Origin: a virus
Strand: one strand, 5' to 3'
Virus record (IMG/VR): IMGVR_UViG_3300021255_000047
Coordinates: 1 to 33,517 of that record
DNA length: 33,517 nucleotides
A program made the translations under genes and the position numbers. Under the pieces are notes generated by a model. The model had not been told where the DNA came from. It worked only from the letters and a program-made list of their open reading frames with translations, and searched no databases. This document shows positions 8,315 to 16,574 of the stretch, piece after piece. Every line of letters begins with the position of its first letter. Position 1 is the first letter of the stretch.

Positions 8315-9238
8315 TTACCTCTTTTCAAATCCGAGCACTCGTGTAATCATCGTGCATCTGCAGTTGTAGACGTTCGCCGGGTCTGCGTTTGGGTCTCCTG
8401 GATACATGATTTTGTCGTGGAAAAATACACCTTTTCTAATCTCAATGTCAACCTCGAACGGCTCGTCAATTTCCCGCTCCTGCCCGTCCAGCTCCAGATG
8501 CGCGTCGCGTGTCCTGCCGTCGTTCGTGGCCAGCCAGACCTTCACTATCTTTACGCCCATTTCTTCCGCGCGGTGATAACTGTCCATGCGGCCTCTGTTC
8601 TCTGCCGCTGTCGTGCTGGTCCTCGCGTTTCTGACCGCGCTCGCAAGATTCATCTGCGTGACGGAAGATAGCCGGCGGGAAATGTCCGGGATGCTTTCGC
8701 CCTGCAGGATCCCTTGCAAGACTTCGTTGTTGACGGCCTTCGTATTCCATCGCACGTCTTTCTTTCCGTCGACGGTCTTATATGGCAGGAGCGTTTCGTC
8801 CTTTGTCGCCAGCGTCCGGACCGTCGAGGCGTCTACCAAATCGAAGGAATAGCCCTTGACCTGGCTCGCTATATCCTCCCCGACCCCGTTATAATTCACG
8901 GTGTATATCGACGGCATTTGCCCGTTTATGTATGCCGTCGCGGTCTTGTTGACGTTGGAGATCTCCCCGGCCATCTGTTTCGAAAGCGCCTTGTAATGAT
9001 TGCTGCGGATGGTCTTTTCCATCAGGAAGTCCTCGTATGCCTTCTGCGCCTTTTCCCTCTGTTTGTCAGTCTTGGCCTTTTCGATCGCTTCTTTGAGCGC
9101 CTTCTCCTGCGGCTCGAGTTCTTTCAGGTATTCCTTCAGCTTTTCGCCGAGCTCTTTATTTGCCCGGCTGTATATCGTTTTCAGCTTCCGCTCCATCCGC
9201 GCCAGCTTCAGGTCTGTCTCTTTGCGGGCTGCGTCCAT
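8315..9238 (-). CDS. Minor head protein (SPP1 gp7 / Mu F-like)
   Basis: Follows the portal gene. The C-terminal ...DPANVYNCRCTMI motif is typical of the Mu F family. Confidence 0.75.
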   Translation of the reverse strand: MDAARKETDLKLARMERKLKTIYSRANKELGEKLKEYLKELEPQEKALKEAIEKAKTDKQREKAQKAYEDFLMEKTIRSNHYKALSKQMAGEISNVNKTATAYINGQMPSIYTVNYNGVGEDIASQVKGYSFDLVDASTVRTLATKDETLLPYKTVDGKKDVRWNTKAVNNEVLQGILQGESIPDISRRLSSVTQMNLASAVRNARTSTTAAENRGRMDSYHRAEEMGVKIVKVWLATNDGRTRDAHLELDGQEREIDEPFEVDIEIRKGVFFHDKIMYPGDPNADPANVYNCRCTMITRVLGFEKR

Positions 9239-9241
9239 TTA

Positions 9242-10618
9242 TCATTCCTCGCCTTCGTCCTCTTCGTTGCCCAGCGCAAATCGCGACATCTCCGCCGCGG
9301 ACTTCTGCTGCTGGACCTCTTCGAGCTTGTCAATGTCTCCGTTTACTTCCAGAATCTTGCTGGTGACGTATTCGTCCGAAAGGTGCTGCGCGGCCATTAC
9401 GACCGAGGAGATCTCCTCCGCCTTGTTAACGATCATCGAGCGCGTATATGTCGGCGAGTCCTCTATTCCTATCAGCTGCAGCAGGCCGAGAATAAATCTC
9501 GTGACGTGCTGTTCAAAAAGATTTGCCTTTCCGTTCAGCGGCTCGTATGCCGCCTTAATCTGCGTCGCGGTTGCCGCTCCTCCGGATATTCCGCGAACGT
9601 CCAGCGCCATGAAATCATCGAACAGCTGAGTGCGCAGCCTCTCCAGCGCTGCTTCGTTTGCGGTGAACGGTGCCTCGACGGTGTGCGCATCAACCTCTCC
9701 GTCTCCGTCTCCCGGGTGCGCGACGTGGGTCCGGCGTATCTGGTCGAGGAACTTCGCGTCGTCGATGTCGTCCATGTCTCCGCAGTTTTTCAGAATCCAG
9801 TATATTATATTCCCGTCGTCGATGTTGTTTATCATCGTGCTGGCCATCAGGTCATACGCATCGATCACTTCCTGTCCGCCGAGCAGCTCGCTCTGTTTGT
9901 TTATGTTGTAAAAGGGAATAATCGGGAAGCCGGGATAATTCCTATCGCTGATCACGACTTCGCCTCCGACTTCCGAGGTTTCGACAATCTCGATATACGC
10001 TCTCTTTTCCTGCAGGATTTCGAGGTCGCTCTCGTCCTCCCTGCGTATATATTCTGTGTATCCATCCTCTTCGTACAGCGTGCAGCGGAGAGGCTTTGTG
10101 CTGTCTATCTGCCAGAAGCGAATTCCTGCACGGTGCATCCCGGTGTTTTCGTCGTACAGCGGAACGTAAGACGGCTCATCCACTCCGGCAACGCCGAAAG
10201 CTTCCAGGTGGTCTTTGTTCCAAAAGCCGAAGGAGACGCCGGCGTTCTGTGCCTTCGTCGCCAGATCCTGAATCGCTATGTCAAACTTCGCCCCGCCCAG
10301 CTTGGCCTTTGTTTCTTTGTCTTTGAAGGAGACGCCGTTGCCGAGCAGATACTGGACCAGCTGCGTCACGAAATAAAAGTAATAGCGGCTGGGAATCTTG
10401 TTGTTTGCCGAGTATACATCCGGCACAGCTCTTCCGACGTAGTCATAAAGGAATTTCTGCGCCTTCATGATCGTCGGGTTTTCGTGGCGGTAATAGAGCT
10501 CCGCTTTGTACGCCATGCGATACAGGCTGCTCGATTTGTGCTCGGCAATTGCCGCCAGGATGAAGTCCTGTCTATCCTTTTCCGCTGTCAGCTCTGCCAG
10601 ATCGTTATAAGTTTTCAA
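9242..10618 (-). CDS. Portal protein (SPP1 gp6-like)
   Basis: 458 aa, TTG start overlapping the terL stop, acidic C-terminus, canonical position after the large terminase. Confidence 0.85.
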   Translation of the reverse strand: MKTYNDLAELTAEKDRQDFILAAIAEHKSSSLYRMAYKAELYYRHENPTIMKAQKFLYDYVGRAVPDVYSANNKIPSRYYFYFVTQLVQYLLGNGVSFKDKETKAKLGGAKFDIAIQDLATKAQNAGVSFGFWNKDHLEAFGVAGVDEPSYVPLYDENTGMHRAGIRFWQIDSTKPLRCTLYEEDGYTEYIRREDESDLEILQEKRAYIEIVETSEVGGEVVISDRNYPGFPIIPFYNINKQSELLGGQEVIDAYDLMASTMINNIDDGNIIYWILKNCGDMDDIDDAKFLDQIRRTHVAHPGDGDGEVDAHTVEAPFTANEAALERLRTQLFDDFMALDVRGISGGAATATQIKAAYEPLNGKANLFEQHVTRFILGLLQLIGIEDSPTYTRSMIVNKAEEISSVVMAAQHLSDEYVTSKILEVNGDIDKLEEVQQQKSAAEMSRFALGNEEDEGEE

Positions 10619-11889
10619 AATTCATCCCTCCCGCGCTCTCTGTTCCTGCGCTTGTCATCTCTTGGAACTAACCGTTTTGTTTTTACAAAATACCTCATGC
10701 TGTCCATGTCGTGGTCGTTGACCTTTATCGGCGTATCGTCCACGGCGTTGTCCAGCCAGACGTATCCTTGCACTTCCTTTTTCCAATCCTTCAGCTCTGG
10801 GCTAACCTTTATCAACCCGCGCTTCATCGCCGTTGCCGTCTCCCGGATCCCGTCAGATACCGCGTTATCCGCCTTTATTACTCCGTACATTCTGCGGCCT
10901 ATGTCCTCCGCCCGCCTCCTGCGGAGCGTTTCGATGAACGATGCCGCCGACGGGTCTATTATAATATCTATCGGCCACGGAACTCTTGCCGGCTCATCCT
11001 CCCGGTCAAACTTCCGGAAATATCTGCGCAGCCATCGCTCTATGTCGTCCGCGTATTCTTCGTCCGTCTTTTGGGTGCCTTCGTCTCGGCCGGAATAGTA
11101 ATAGTTATCCACGGAATACCAGACGTTCCCGTGTCTCTCCCAGAGTAGCGCTGCGAATGCGTTTTGTGTTCCGTAGTCCATGCTTACGCAGTATTCTTCG
11201 CCCCATCCCTCCGGTGCGGCTTCGATCGCGTCCTCATACATGGGATAGATCAGGCCCTCAGCCAGCGTCCACTCGCCTTTTATGTATCGGCCGTAATAGA
11301 CCGTTCCTTCGTACTCCTTGCACAGCTGCTCTACAAATCGCGCCGGTAAAAAAGGATTATCAAAGATCGTATATTTCTGGTGGTATATGTCGAGGCCTTC
11401 GTTCTCGATAAATGCCTTTAGCCAGTGCCCTGGGCTTTCCGGGTTGCACGCTCCGTCAAAGCAGGAATATGGCTTGTCGAGTCGCGACTTTAGCATTTCG
11501 AAAACTTCCGCGTTCCATTTCGCGATTTCGTCTCCGTAGCAGTATTTTATAGACGCGCCCTGTATCTTCGACACTTGGCTTACCTTCTCCGCGCCCAGGC
11601 AGTATACCGGGACGCCGCATACCATCGCAATGTTGCGGCTGTTTATCGTGCCGACCAGCTGGTTTCCGAACTGCTCCCGCATCGGCTGCAGGACGTTCCT
11701 CTCTACTGTTTCACGTGAAACACCGAGAATTACATTCAGGCCTGCCTCTTCTCGCACCGCTCGCAATCTATACGGGACGATGAAGTTTACATCGACGTAT
11801 GTTTTGCCGGAGCGGACCGCGCCAACCTTAAAATTCCATCTGCTGTTCGCGTTCTTTATGTACTCATACTGTTTATCGCTGAACTGCAT
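10615..11889 (-). CDS. terL: Terminase large subunit (PBSX-type)
   Basis: 424 aa with Walker A GAVRSGKT near the N-terminus. Overlaps the terS end. Confidence 0.9.
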   Translation of the reverse strand: MQFSDKQYEYIKNANSRWNFKVGAVRSGKTYVDVNFIVPYRLRAVREEAGLNVILGVSRETVERNVLQPMREQFGNQLVGTINSRNIAMVCGVPVYCLGAEKVSQVSKIQGASIKYCYGDEIAKWNAEVFEMLKSRLDKPYSCFDGACNPESPGHWLKAFIENEGLDIYHQKYTIFDNPFLPARFVEQLCKEYEGTVYYGRYIKGEWTLAEGLIYPMYEDAIEAAPEGWGEEYCVSMDYGTQNAFAALLWERHGNVWYSVDNYYYSGRDEGTQKTDEEYADDIERWLRRYFRKFDREDEPARVPWPIDIIIDPSAASFIETLRRRRAEDIGRRMYGVIKADNAVSDGIRETATAMKRGLIKVSPELKDWKKEVQGYVWLDNAVDDTPIKVNDHDMDSMRYFVKTKRLVPRDDKRRNRERGRDEF

Positions 11890-12247
11890 CTGACTTTACC
11901 TTCTCCAGCAGCTCATCCAGCTTGCTCAATTCCTCGGCGGCTGGATCCTCCACGGCCTTGGCCTCTCCGCTCAGCTCCAGAATGGCACGAAAAGCATTGA
12001 CCGCGTTCCTGTCTTTGCTATTGCTCGCGATCTTAAACATTGAAGCGATCAGAATATCTGCGCCCGAGGCTTCCTTGCCGTTCTTGTCCGTGAACGTCCC
12101 ATCCAGCACGGCTTGCAACGCCTTTTTCAGCGTGGCCTTTTCGCGCCTGGCCTTTCCGCTTGCAATTCCGCCCCTCTTGGCTTCTTCACGGCTTAGCTCA
12201 TATCCTCCAGGCTGGCCGCCCGGTTTTAAATTATGCTCATTCGCCAT
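11873..12247 (-). CDS. terS: Terminase small subunit (putative)
   Basis: Start MANEHNLKPGG at ATG 12247 is preferred over the TTG at 12298, which lies inside the promoter. Basic N-terminus; immediately upstream of and overlapping terL. Confidence 0.55.
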   Translation of the reverse strand: MANEHNLKPGGQPGGYELSREEAKRGGIASGKARREKATLKKALQAVLDGTFTDKNGKEASGADILIASMFKIASNSKDRNAVNAFRAILELSGEAKAVEDPAAEELSKLDELLEKVKSDAVQR

Positions 12248-12269
12248 ATAAAAAGTCCCTTCTATGCTG

Positions 12270-12298
12270 ATTATATAGCATAAAAGGGATTTTATCAA
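12270..12298 (-). promoter_or_regulatory. Sigma70-type promoter upstream of terS
   Basis: Minus strand reads TTGATA-N17-TATAAT, about 20 nt upstream of the terS ATG. Confidence 0.55.
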
Positions 12299-12304
12299 AA
12301 TATG

Positions 12305-12370
12305 TTAATTTATAAGCTCCGCCTTCCGGCCGGTGTAGTTCTCCCAGCGCTGCAGGATCACGTCAATCAT
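12305..12370 (-). pseudogene. Relic 3' end of an ancestral ParB-MTase gene (21 codons)
   Basis: MIDVILQRWENYTGRKAELIN* matches 10 of 18 positions of the current MTase C-terminus (SVIVNRWLNFTGRKDEIF). Its GC content looks like the backbone, unlike the AT-rich DNA just upstream. Confidence 0.6.
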
Positions 12371-12396
12371 TATTCCACCTTGCCTTCCAACCGTAA

Positions 12397-13026
12397 TTAT
12401 CGTTTATATCTTTCACAACAATATATTTTTTCTTTCCATTGTGACACATCACCGCCACGTTCCATGATGATTGACAATATATAATATTCTCGCATATGAA
12501 AGAAATAAGCAAACACATCATCCTCGCTTGTTGTACTATATTTCCTATGTTTCATGGTTACGGCTCTTGTAGCTTCATTGAAAAATTCGGCTGTTTCCTT
12601 GTCTGTTTTGCCCTCTGCTATAATCTCTGGCATACCCATCTTTTCGCCACCATTAAACAAAACAGGACATATGTAATTAGGCTCATAATTCTTTTGGGCA
12701 TAATTGAGCATAGCAAGCGTATAATCATTGAGATAATAAGCAACTATGCAATCACCGCCCGTGGAAGTATTGTAGCCTTGGTCAATCGTTTTTAATTCCG
12801 CAATCAAATATCTTTCAAGCGTTTCTGCCTGCTCTTTCGATATGCCGTCAATGATGATATTATGCGTTACGTTCTCCCATCCATACTTGTTTATGGCTCT
12901 TGCAATTTTAGGCTGAGTTTCGTACCCTTTACCGTTTCTCCATCGTTTTTCAGCATCGCATGAAATACCAATATATTTTTTGCCATTCGGGAAAATATGC
13001 TCATAAACGCAATAGTTTTTATTCAT
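12397..13026 (-). CDS. GIY-YIG family (homing-type) endonuclease
   Basis: Start MNKNYCVYEHIFPNGKKYIGISCDAEKRWRNGKGY (GIY...YIG...R motif spacing as in I-TevI-like enzymes). The ATG at 13026 overlaps the MTase stop by 8 nt. The gene is AT-rich. Confidence 0.7.
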   Translation of the reverse strand: MNKNYCVYEHIFPNGKKYIGISCDAEKRWRNGKGYETQPKIARAINKYGWENVTHNIIIDGISKEQAETLERYLIAELKTIDQGYNTSTGGDCIVAYYLNDYTLAMLNYAQKNYEPNYICPVLFNGGEKMGMPEIIAEGKTDKETAEFFNEATRAVTMKHRKYSTTSEDDVFAYFFHMREYYILSIIMERGGDVSQWKEKIYCCERYKR

Positions 13027-14587
13027 CAAACACCTCGTCATAAGTGAGTTTCTGCCCGTCACGGATGCAGAATATTTCATCTTTTCTGCCTGTAAAATTT
13101 AACCACCTGTTTACGATGACGGAAACGTATCTTTCATCAAGCTCCGCCATATAGCATTTTCTGTTTAACTGTTCACAGGCTATTAGTGTGCTACCACTAC
13201 CGCCAAATACATCAAGGACAATCTCGCCCTCTCTACTACTGCTCTTTATCGCTCTACTGCATAAGGCTATCGGCTTTGGTGTTGCGTGACCGCCTGTGTG
13301 TTCTCTTTCGTCTTTTCCTGCTCTGTCAAAGTGCCACACGTTGTTTTGGTTGTCGTGAGTATTGTCAAAATATGCCCGTGTTTCATACCATTCTTTCTTG
13401 ATTTCGTCATATTCTTTCTTGATTTCGTCATATTCTTTCTTGATTTCGTCATATTCTTTCTTGATTTCGTCATATTCTTTCTTGAATGCGTCATTACCAT
13501 TTCCACGACAGAATTTCTGTATTTTTTGATAATCATCTTTCTGAATTAATCGAGGTTGTTTCTGCGTTCCGTCTCGATTTAATGTCCAATGCTGTGCGAT
13601 GCTTTTGTAACCGCATATTTCATTTAAATCTTTTTCCGTTAATCCGCTTTTTTGTAATTCCTCTGTCATATATTTAAGATATACCCCAAGAGTTTCAGAA
13701 GCGTCTAATATGCCATCTGCACCTTGTACTCCCATCATCACAAACAAGCACTTTTCGTCTGCAATCGGGTACATTCTAAAATCTTCTGACAACTGCCCTT
13801 GTCCGTTCCCTTTGTCCCAAGTGATAAGGTTCCGAAATGTTATCTTGTTCTCTCTCGCCATCGGTTTCAAGATATTGCTGTAAATATCCATCAGCGGTTC
13901 ATCAATCCCCCAACAATACCAAGAGCCATTGTCTTTTAACGCTCCGAATGTCAGCGGAATCCATTGGCGGTTGAAGTCGAGCAAATCATCAAAGTTGAGG
14001 TTGTCATTCAGAACACCCTCGTTCTCTTTCTTCATGCCATAGGGAGGATCCGTGAAAACAAGGTCGGCCTTTACCCCATCCATAAGCCTATCAATGACCT
14101 CCGGATCCGTGCTATCTCCGCAAATCAGCCGGTGCTCTCCAAGCTGCCATATCTCTCCGGCCTTGCAGCGAGTCTCTACTTCCTCCGGGATCTCTACCTC
14201 CTCGACCTCTTTTGGCTCTTCATCTTCCATGTCAAATCCGAAGTCCGACATATCAAATTCGAAGATCTCCGAGATCTCCGCGTCCAAAAGGTCAAAGTCC
14301 CATTCGCTTTCGTTCGTCTTATTATCCGCCAGGCGCAAAGCCTTTATCTGTTCGTCGGTCAGATCGTCTGCTCGAACGACCGGGACGCTGCTCATTCCGA
14401 GCTTCTTCGCTGCCAAAAGTCGCCCGTGTCCTATAACGAGGACGTTGTTCCGGTCTACCACAAGCGGCTGCCTAAAGCCGAATTCTTTTATGCTGTTTGC
14501 TATGTGTTCGACCTGCTCCTCTGGGTGTTTCTTCGCATTCTTGTCGTATGGTACAATCTCCCCTATTGGCATATTTATTATTTCCAA
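13019..14587 (-). CDS. ParB-like nuclease domain fused to an N6-adenine/N4-cytosine DNA methyltransferase (beta class)
   Basis: N-terminal ParB/Srx-like block (IVPYDKNAKKHPEEQVEHIANSIKEFGFRQPLVV...GHGRLLAAKKLG). Motif IV TDPPYG comes before motif I VLDVFGGSGST. Confidence 0.9.
   Translation of the reverse strand: MEIINMPIGEIVPYDKNAKKHPEEQVEHIANSIKEFGFRQPLVVDRNNVLVIGHGRLLAAKKLGMSSVPVVRADDLTDEQIKALRLADNKTNESEWDFDLLDAEISEIFEFDMSDFGFDMEDEEPKEVEEVEIPEEVETRCKAGEIWQLGEHRLICGDSTDPEVIDRLMDGVKADLVFTDPPYGMKKENEGVLNDNLNFDDLLDFNRQWIPLTFGALKDNGSWYCWGIDEPLMDIYSNILKPMARENKITFRNLITWDKGNGQGQLSEDFRMYPIADEKCLFVMMGVQGADGILDASETLGVYLKYMTEELQKSGLTEKDLNEICGYKSIAQHWTLNRDGTQKQPRLIQKDDYQKIQKFCRGNGNDAFKKEYDEIKKEYDEIKKEYDEIKKEYDEIKKEWYETRAYFDNTHDNQNNVWHFDRAGKDEREHTGGHATPKPIALCSRAIKSSSREGEIVLDVFGGSGSTLIACEQLNRKCYMAELDERYVSVIVNRWLNFTGRKDEIFCIRDGQKLTYDEVFDE
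13391..13495. repeat. Tandem 21-bp repeat: 4 perfect copies plus 1 degenerate copy
   Basis: ttctttcttgatttcgtcata x4, in frame, encoding (EYDEIKK)n within the MTase. Confidence 0.95.
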
Positions 14588-14602
14588 TGCTGCGCCTCCT
14601 TT

Positions 14603-14872
14603 TTAATATATCTCCTTAAATATGTCATATCCGACCTCATCTGTGATCATTCGCTCTATATCAGAAAGGCTAATCAGCCCATCCTCAACCGCGCCCATGT
14701 ACCTTCCGAGGCGGTCCCAGAGGCGCTGTATCTCCTCCCGGCTCCATCCGAATTCCTCCACGCAGGCGGAAAGATAAACGGAAAGATTCTTCCTGCTGAC
14801 GTCCCGGGTGTATTTGTTCAATTCGTAGTGCGTGAACGTGTAAACGTTCTTTTTCTTCACTGGCTTTTTCAT
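14603..14872 (-). CDS. Hypothetical protein (89 aa)
   Basis: Compact ORF in the co-directional gene string; no recognisable motif. Confidence 0.45.
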   Translation of the reverse strand: MKKPVKKKNVYTFTHYELNKYTRDVSRKNLSVYLSACVEEFGWSREEIQRLWDRLGRYMGAVEDGLISLSDIERMITDEVGYDIFKEIY

Positions 14873-14874
14873 AG

Positions 14875-15063
14875 CTACAATATAAAGTCTGTTATATCCC
14901 GGCTGTCAGACTTCACCATTTCTTTCAGCTCAGCGATCTCTTTCCGGAGCTCCTTGTTCTCCGTCATTAGATTCTGGACGCCTTCGATGTATCCTCTTAT
15001 CAGCGAATGCAGCCTGTCGTTGTCTCTTCGTAGATCCTGAATAATCTTGTCTTTTTCTGTCAT
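14875..15063 (-). CDS. Hypothetical coiled-coil protein (62 aa)
   Basis: Tightly spaced ORF with heptad-like charged sequence. Confidence 0.4.
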   Translation of the reverse strand: MTEKDKIIQDLRRDNDRLHSLIRGYIEGVQNLMTENKELRKEIAELKEMVKSDSRDITDFIL

Positions 15064-15066
15064 TGC

Positions 15067-15339
15067 CTATCCCTCCGGATGTATTGCCGACCATAGCCGG
15101 TTGAGCTTCACGCCTTCCCACTCCGTCACGGCCTCGAAGTTATTGAATATAAACCCGAGCTGTGAAAGCATGATCCGAACGTCCGCCATTTCTTCCGCCA
15201 GATGTTCCTCGTTCCCTTTTCCGCGCAGAATCTTCGTCAGCTCTTTCTGGAGCTCCGACAGCTCCTCGATCGCGACTATTATTTGATGCTCTGTCCCGTA
15301 TGTGTCGATCGCTGCCGTTATTATGTCGTAATTTGTCAT
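15067..15339 (-). CDS. MazG-like nucleotide pyrophosphohydrolase (90 aa)
   Basis: Start MTNYDII at 15339 (ATGA overlap with the MTase stop, AGGAGG upstream). Carries the EExxE...AEEMADV pattern typical of MazG-type all-alpha NTP-PPases. Confidence 0.6.
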   Translation of the reverse strand: MTNYDIITAAIDTYGTEHQIIVAIEELSELQKELTKILRGKGNEEHLAEEMADVRIMLSQLGFIFNNFEAVTEWEGVKLNRLWSAIHPEG

Positions 15340-16574
15340 TCTGAAAACCTCCTCTTTGTGACGGCGATTGGGAATTCTTCGATTTCGGACGCCCACAAAG
15401 CCGAGCCTTTGCCGTTGCACTTCTCCCAGCAAAGAGAGAAACCGCCTATCCCGTCAAACAACGAAGCCATCGTCGCCGGGCGCTCGTACTGTGCCGATAT
15501 ACGGCGGAGCAGCCAAAACCAAAAGGGTAAGGCGATACTATTTCCGAGAGCCTTATAACGCGGGCTGTCCGATGGTTTGTGAAGCTTGCCTTTTGTATCC
15601 GTCCATTCCCCGAGGTCTGTCCAGTTGTCAGGGAAGCCCTGCAGGCGTTCGCATTCAAGTGGCGTCAATCTGCGGACATTGCTATTCATCACGGCGTTTG
15701 GCCCTCTTGATATAAGCGTACTTGATTGATCTTCTGATATGGCGAAGTCGTACAATGCGTTTTTTCCCTGATTGAACGCCGCTCGGTCAATGCCGAATAC
15801 AAGGTCCGTGCCATCCTTATAGTCTCGTGCCTTTATGGCCGAAGTAGAGCCATCCGGGCGGTTGTTGTGATCCCCAGTTATCGTCGGAGCCTGCACGCCG
15901 TCGCCGTTGCCTCTGGCATCATAGACCTGAACGACAGCGTGCCTGTCAGTAACATTCAGCGTGTGCGAAGATCCCTCTCGAACGCCTATTCCGTTCTGCG
16001 AGGTGTTCCTGTCGACCACATGCCCTTCGATGCAAAACACGGACTGGTTATTAAAAGTGGAAAGCGCTCCGGTGTGCTCATTCTGAATCAGTATTCCTTT
16101 GCCCCCCCCCTGGCTTTCCGGCTCTCTCTTGAAATGAGATTGCGCTTCCAGGGCTATCCGTAGCGCCTCGGGCAGCTCTTTCCCTCTCCGCTCCGCTCTC
16201 CTTAAAATCCCCTCGCACGCCTTCGCGCTCAAAGAGTATTTCGGAAGCGGAGAATCCTCCAAAATCTGCGACAAGCGCGATGCGTTTTCTTCGCTGGGGA
16301 ACTCCCCAAAACTGCGCGTCGTGTACTCTCCAGCAGACGGAAAACGGGATCCCGTCGGGGCTATATCCGAATATCCCTCCGGCTTTGTCCCATCTGCCCC
16401 CCCTATCAGGTAAAGGAACGTCGGGCGCTTCGGGGCTTGCGATTTTGACGATTTCCGAGAGAACGGCTTGGAAGTCTTGCCCTTTGTTGCTGGAGAAGGC
16501 TCCGGGGACGTTTTCCCAGACCATGTATCTTGGTCGAATATTGAAAGCTGCCCGGTGATTTGTTCGTCTGTCAT
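15336..16574 (-). CDS. C5 DNA cytosine methyltransferase, part 2: TRD, motifs IX and X, then motifs I-II at the C-terminus
   Basis: RRLTPLECERLQGFPDNW (IX) and RYKALGNSIALPF (X), followed by MASLFDGIGGF...WASEIEEFPIAVTKRRFSE* (I and II). AAGGAG lies 10 nt before the ATG at 16574. Confidence 0.8.
   Translation of the reverse strand: MTDEQITGQLSIFDQDTWSGKTSPEPSPATKGKTSKPFSRKSSKSQAPKRPTFLYLIGGADGTKPEGYSDIAPTGSRFPSAGEYTTRSFGEFPSEENASRLSQILEDSPLPKYSLSAKACEGILRRAERRGKELPEALRIALEAQSHFKREPESQGGGKGILIQNEHTGALSTFNNQSVFCIEGHVVDRNTSQNGIGVREGSSHTLNVTDRHAVVQVYDARGNGDGVQAPTITGDHNNRPDGSTSAIKARDYKDGTDLVFGIDRAAFNQGKNALYDFAISEDQSSTLISRGPNAVMNSNVRRLTPLECERLQGFPDNWTDLGEWTDTKGKLHKPSDSPRYKALGNSIALPFWFWLLRRISAQYERPATMASLFDGIGGFSLCWEKCNGKGSALWASEIEEFPIAVTKRRFSE

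Larger units (their letters stand above)
12390..14050. other. AT-rich compositional island (GIY-YIG gene plus the 3' two-thirds of the ParB-MTase gene)
   Basis: By eye, GC drops from roughly the mid-50s % to the high-30s/low-40s %. The right boundary falls at the DPPY motif codons (about 14040-14065). Confidence 0.55.

Noticed and set aside
8714-11098. Very long plus-strand ORF (794 aa). Other long plus-strand ORFs: 699..1700, 13964..15040, 7171..7956, 20509..21300.
   Set aside because: They lie antisense to well-supported minus-strand genes (portal/terL, tail, MTase, scaffold, helicase). They have low-complexity Arg/Leu/Val-rich translations, no SD sites and no recognisable motifs, so they are stop-poor antisense frames.
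13391-13495. Regularly spaced 21-bp repeats, considered as a possible CRISPR array.
   Set aside because: The units are directly tandem with no spacers. They are in frame inside a methyltransferase ORF and encode a heptad repeat.
14100-14587. ParB-like domain, considered as evidence for a plasmid-prophage partition system.
   Set aside because: It is fused to a DNA methyltransferase, a common phage ParB/Srx-MTase architecture. There is no ParA partner and no parS-like repeat array.
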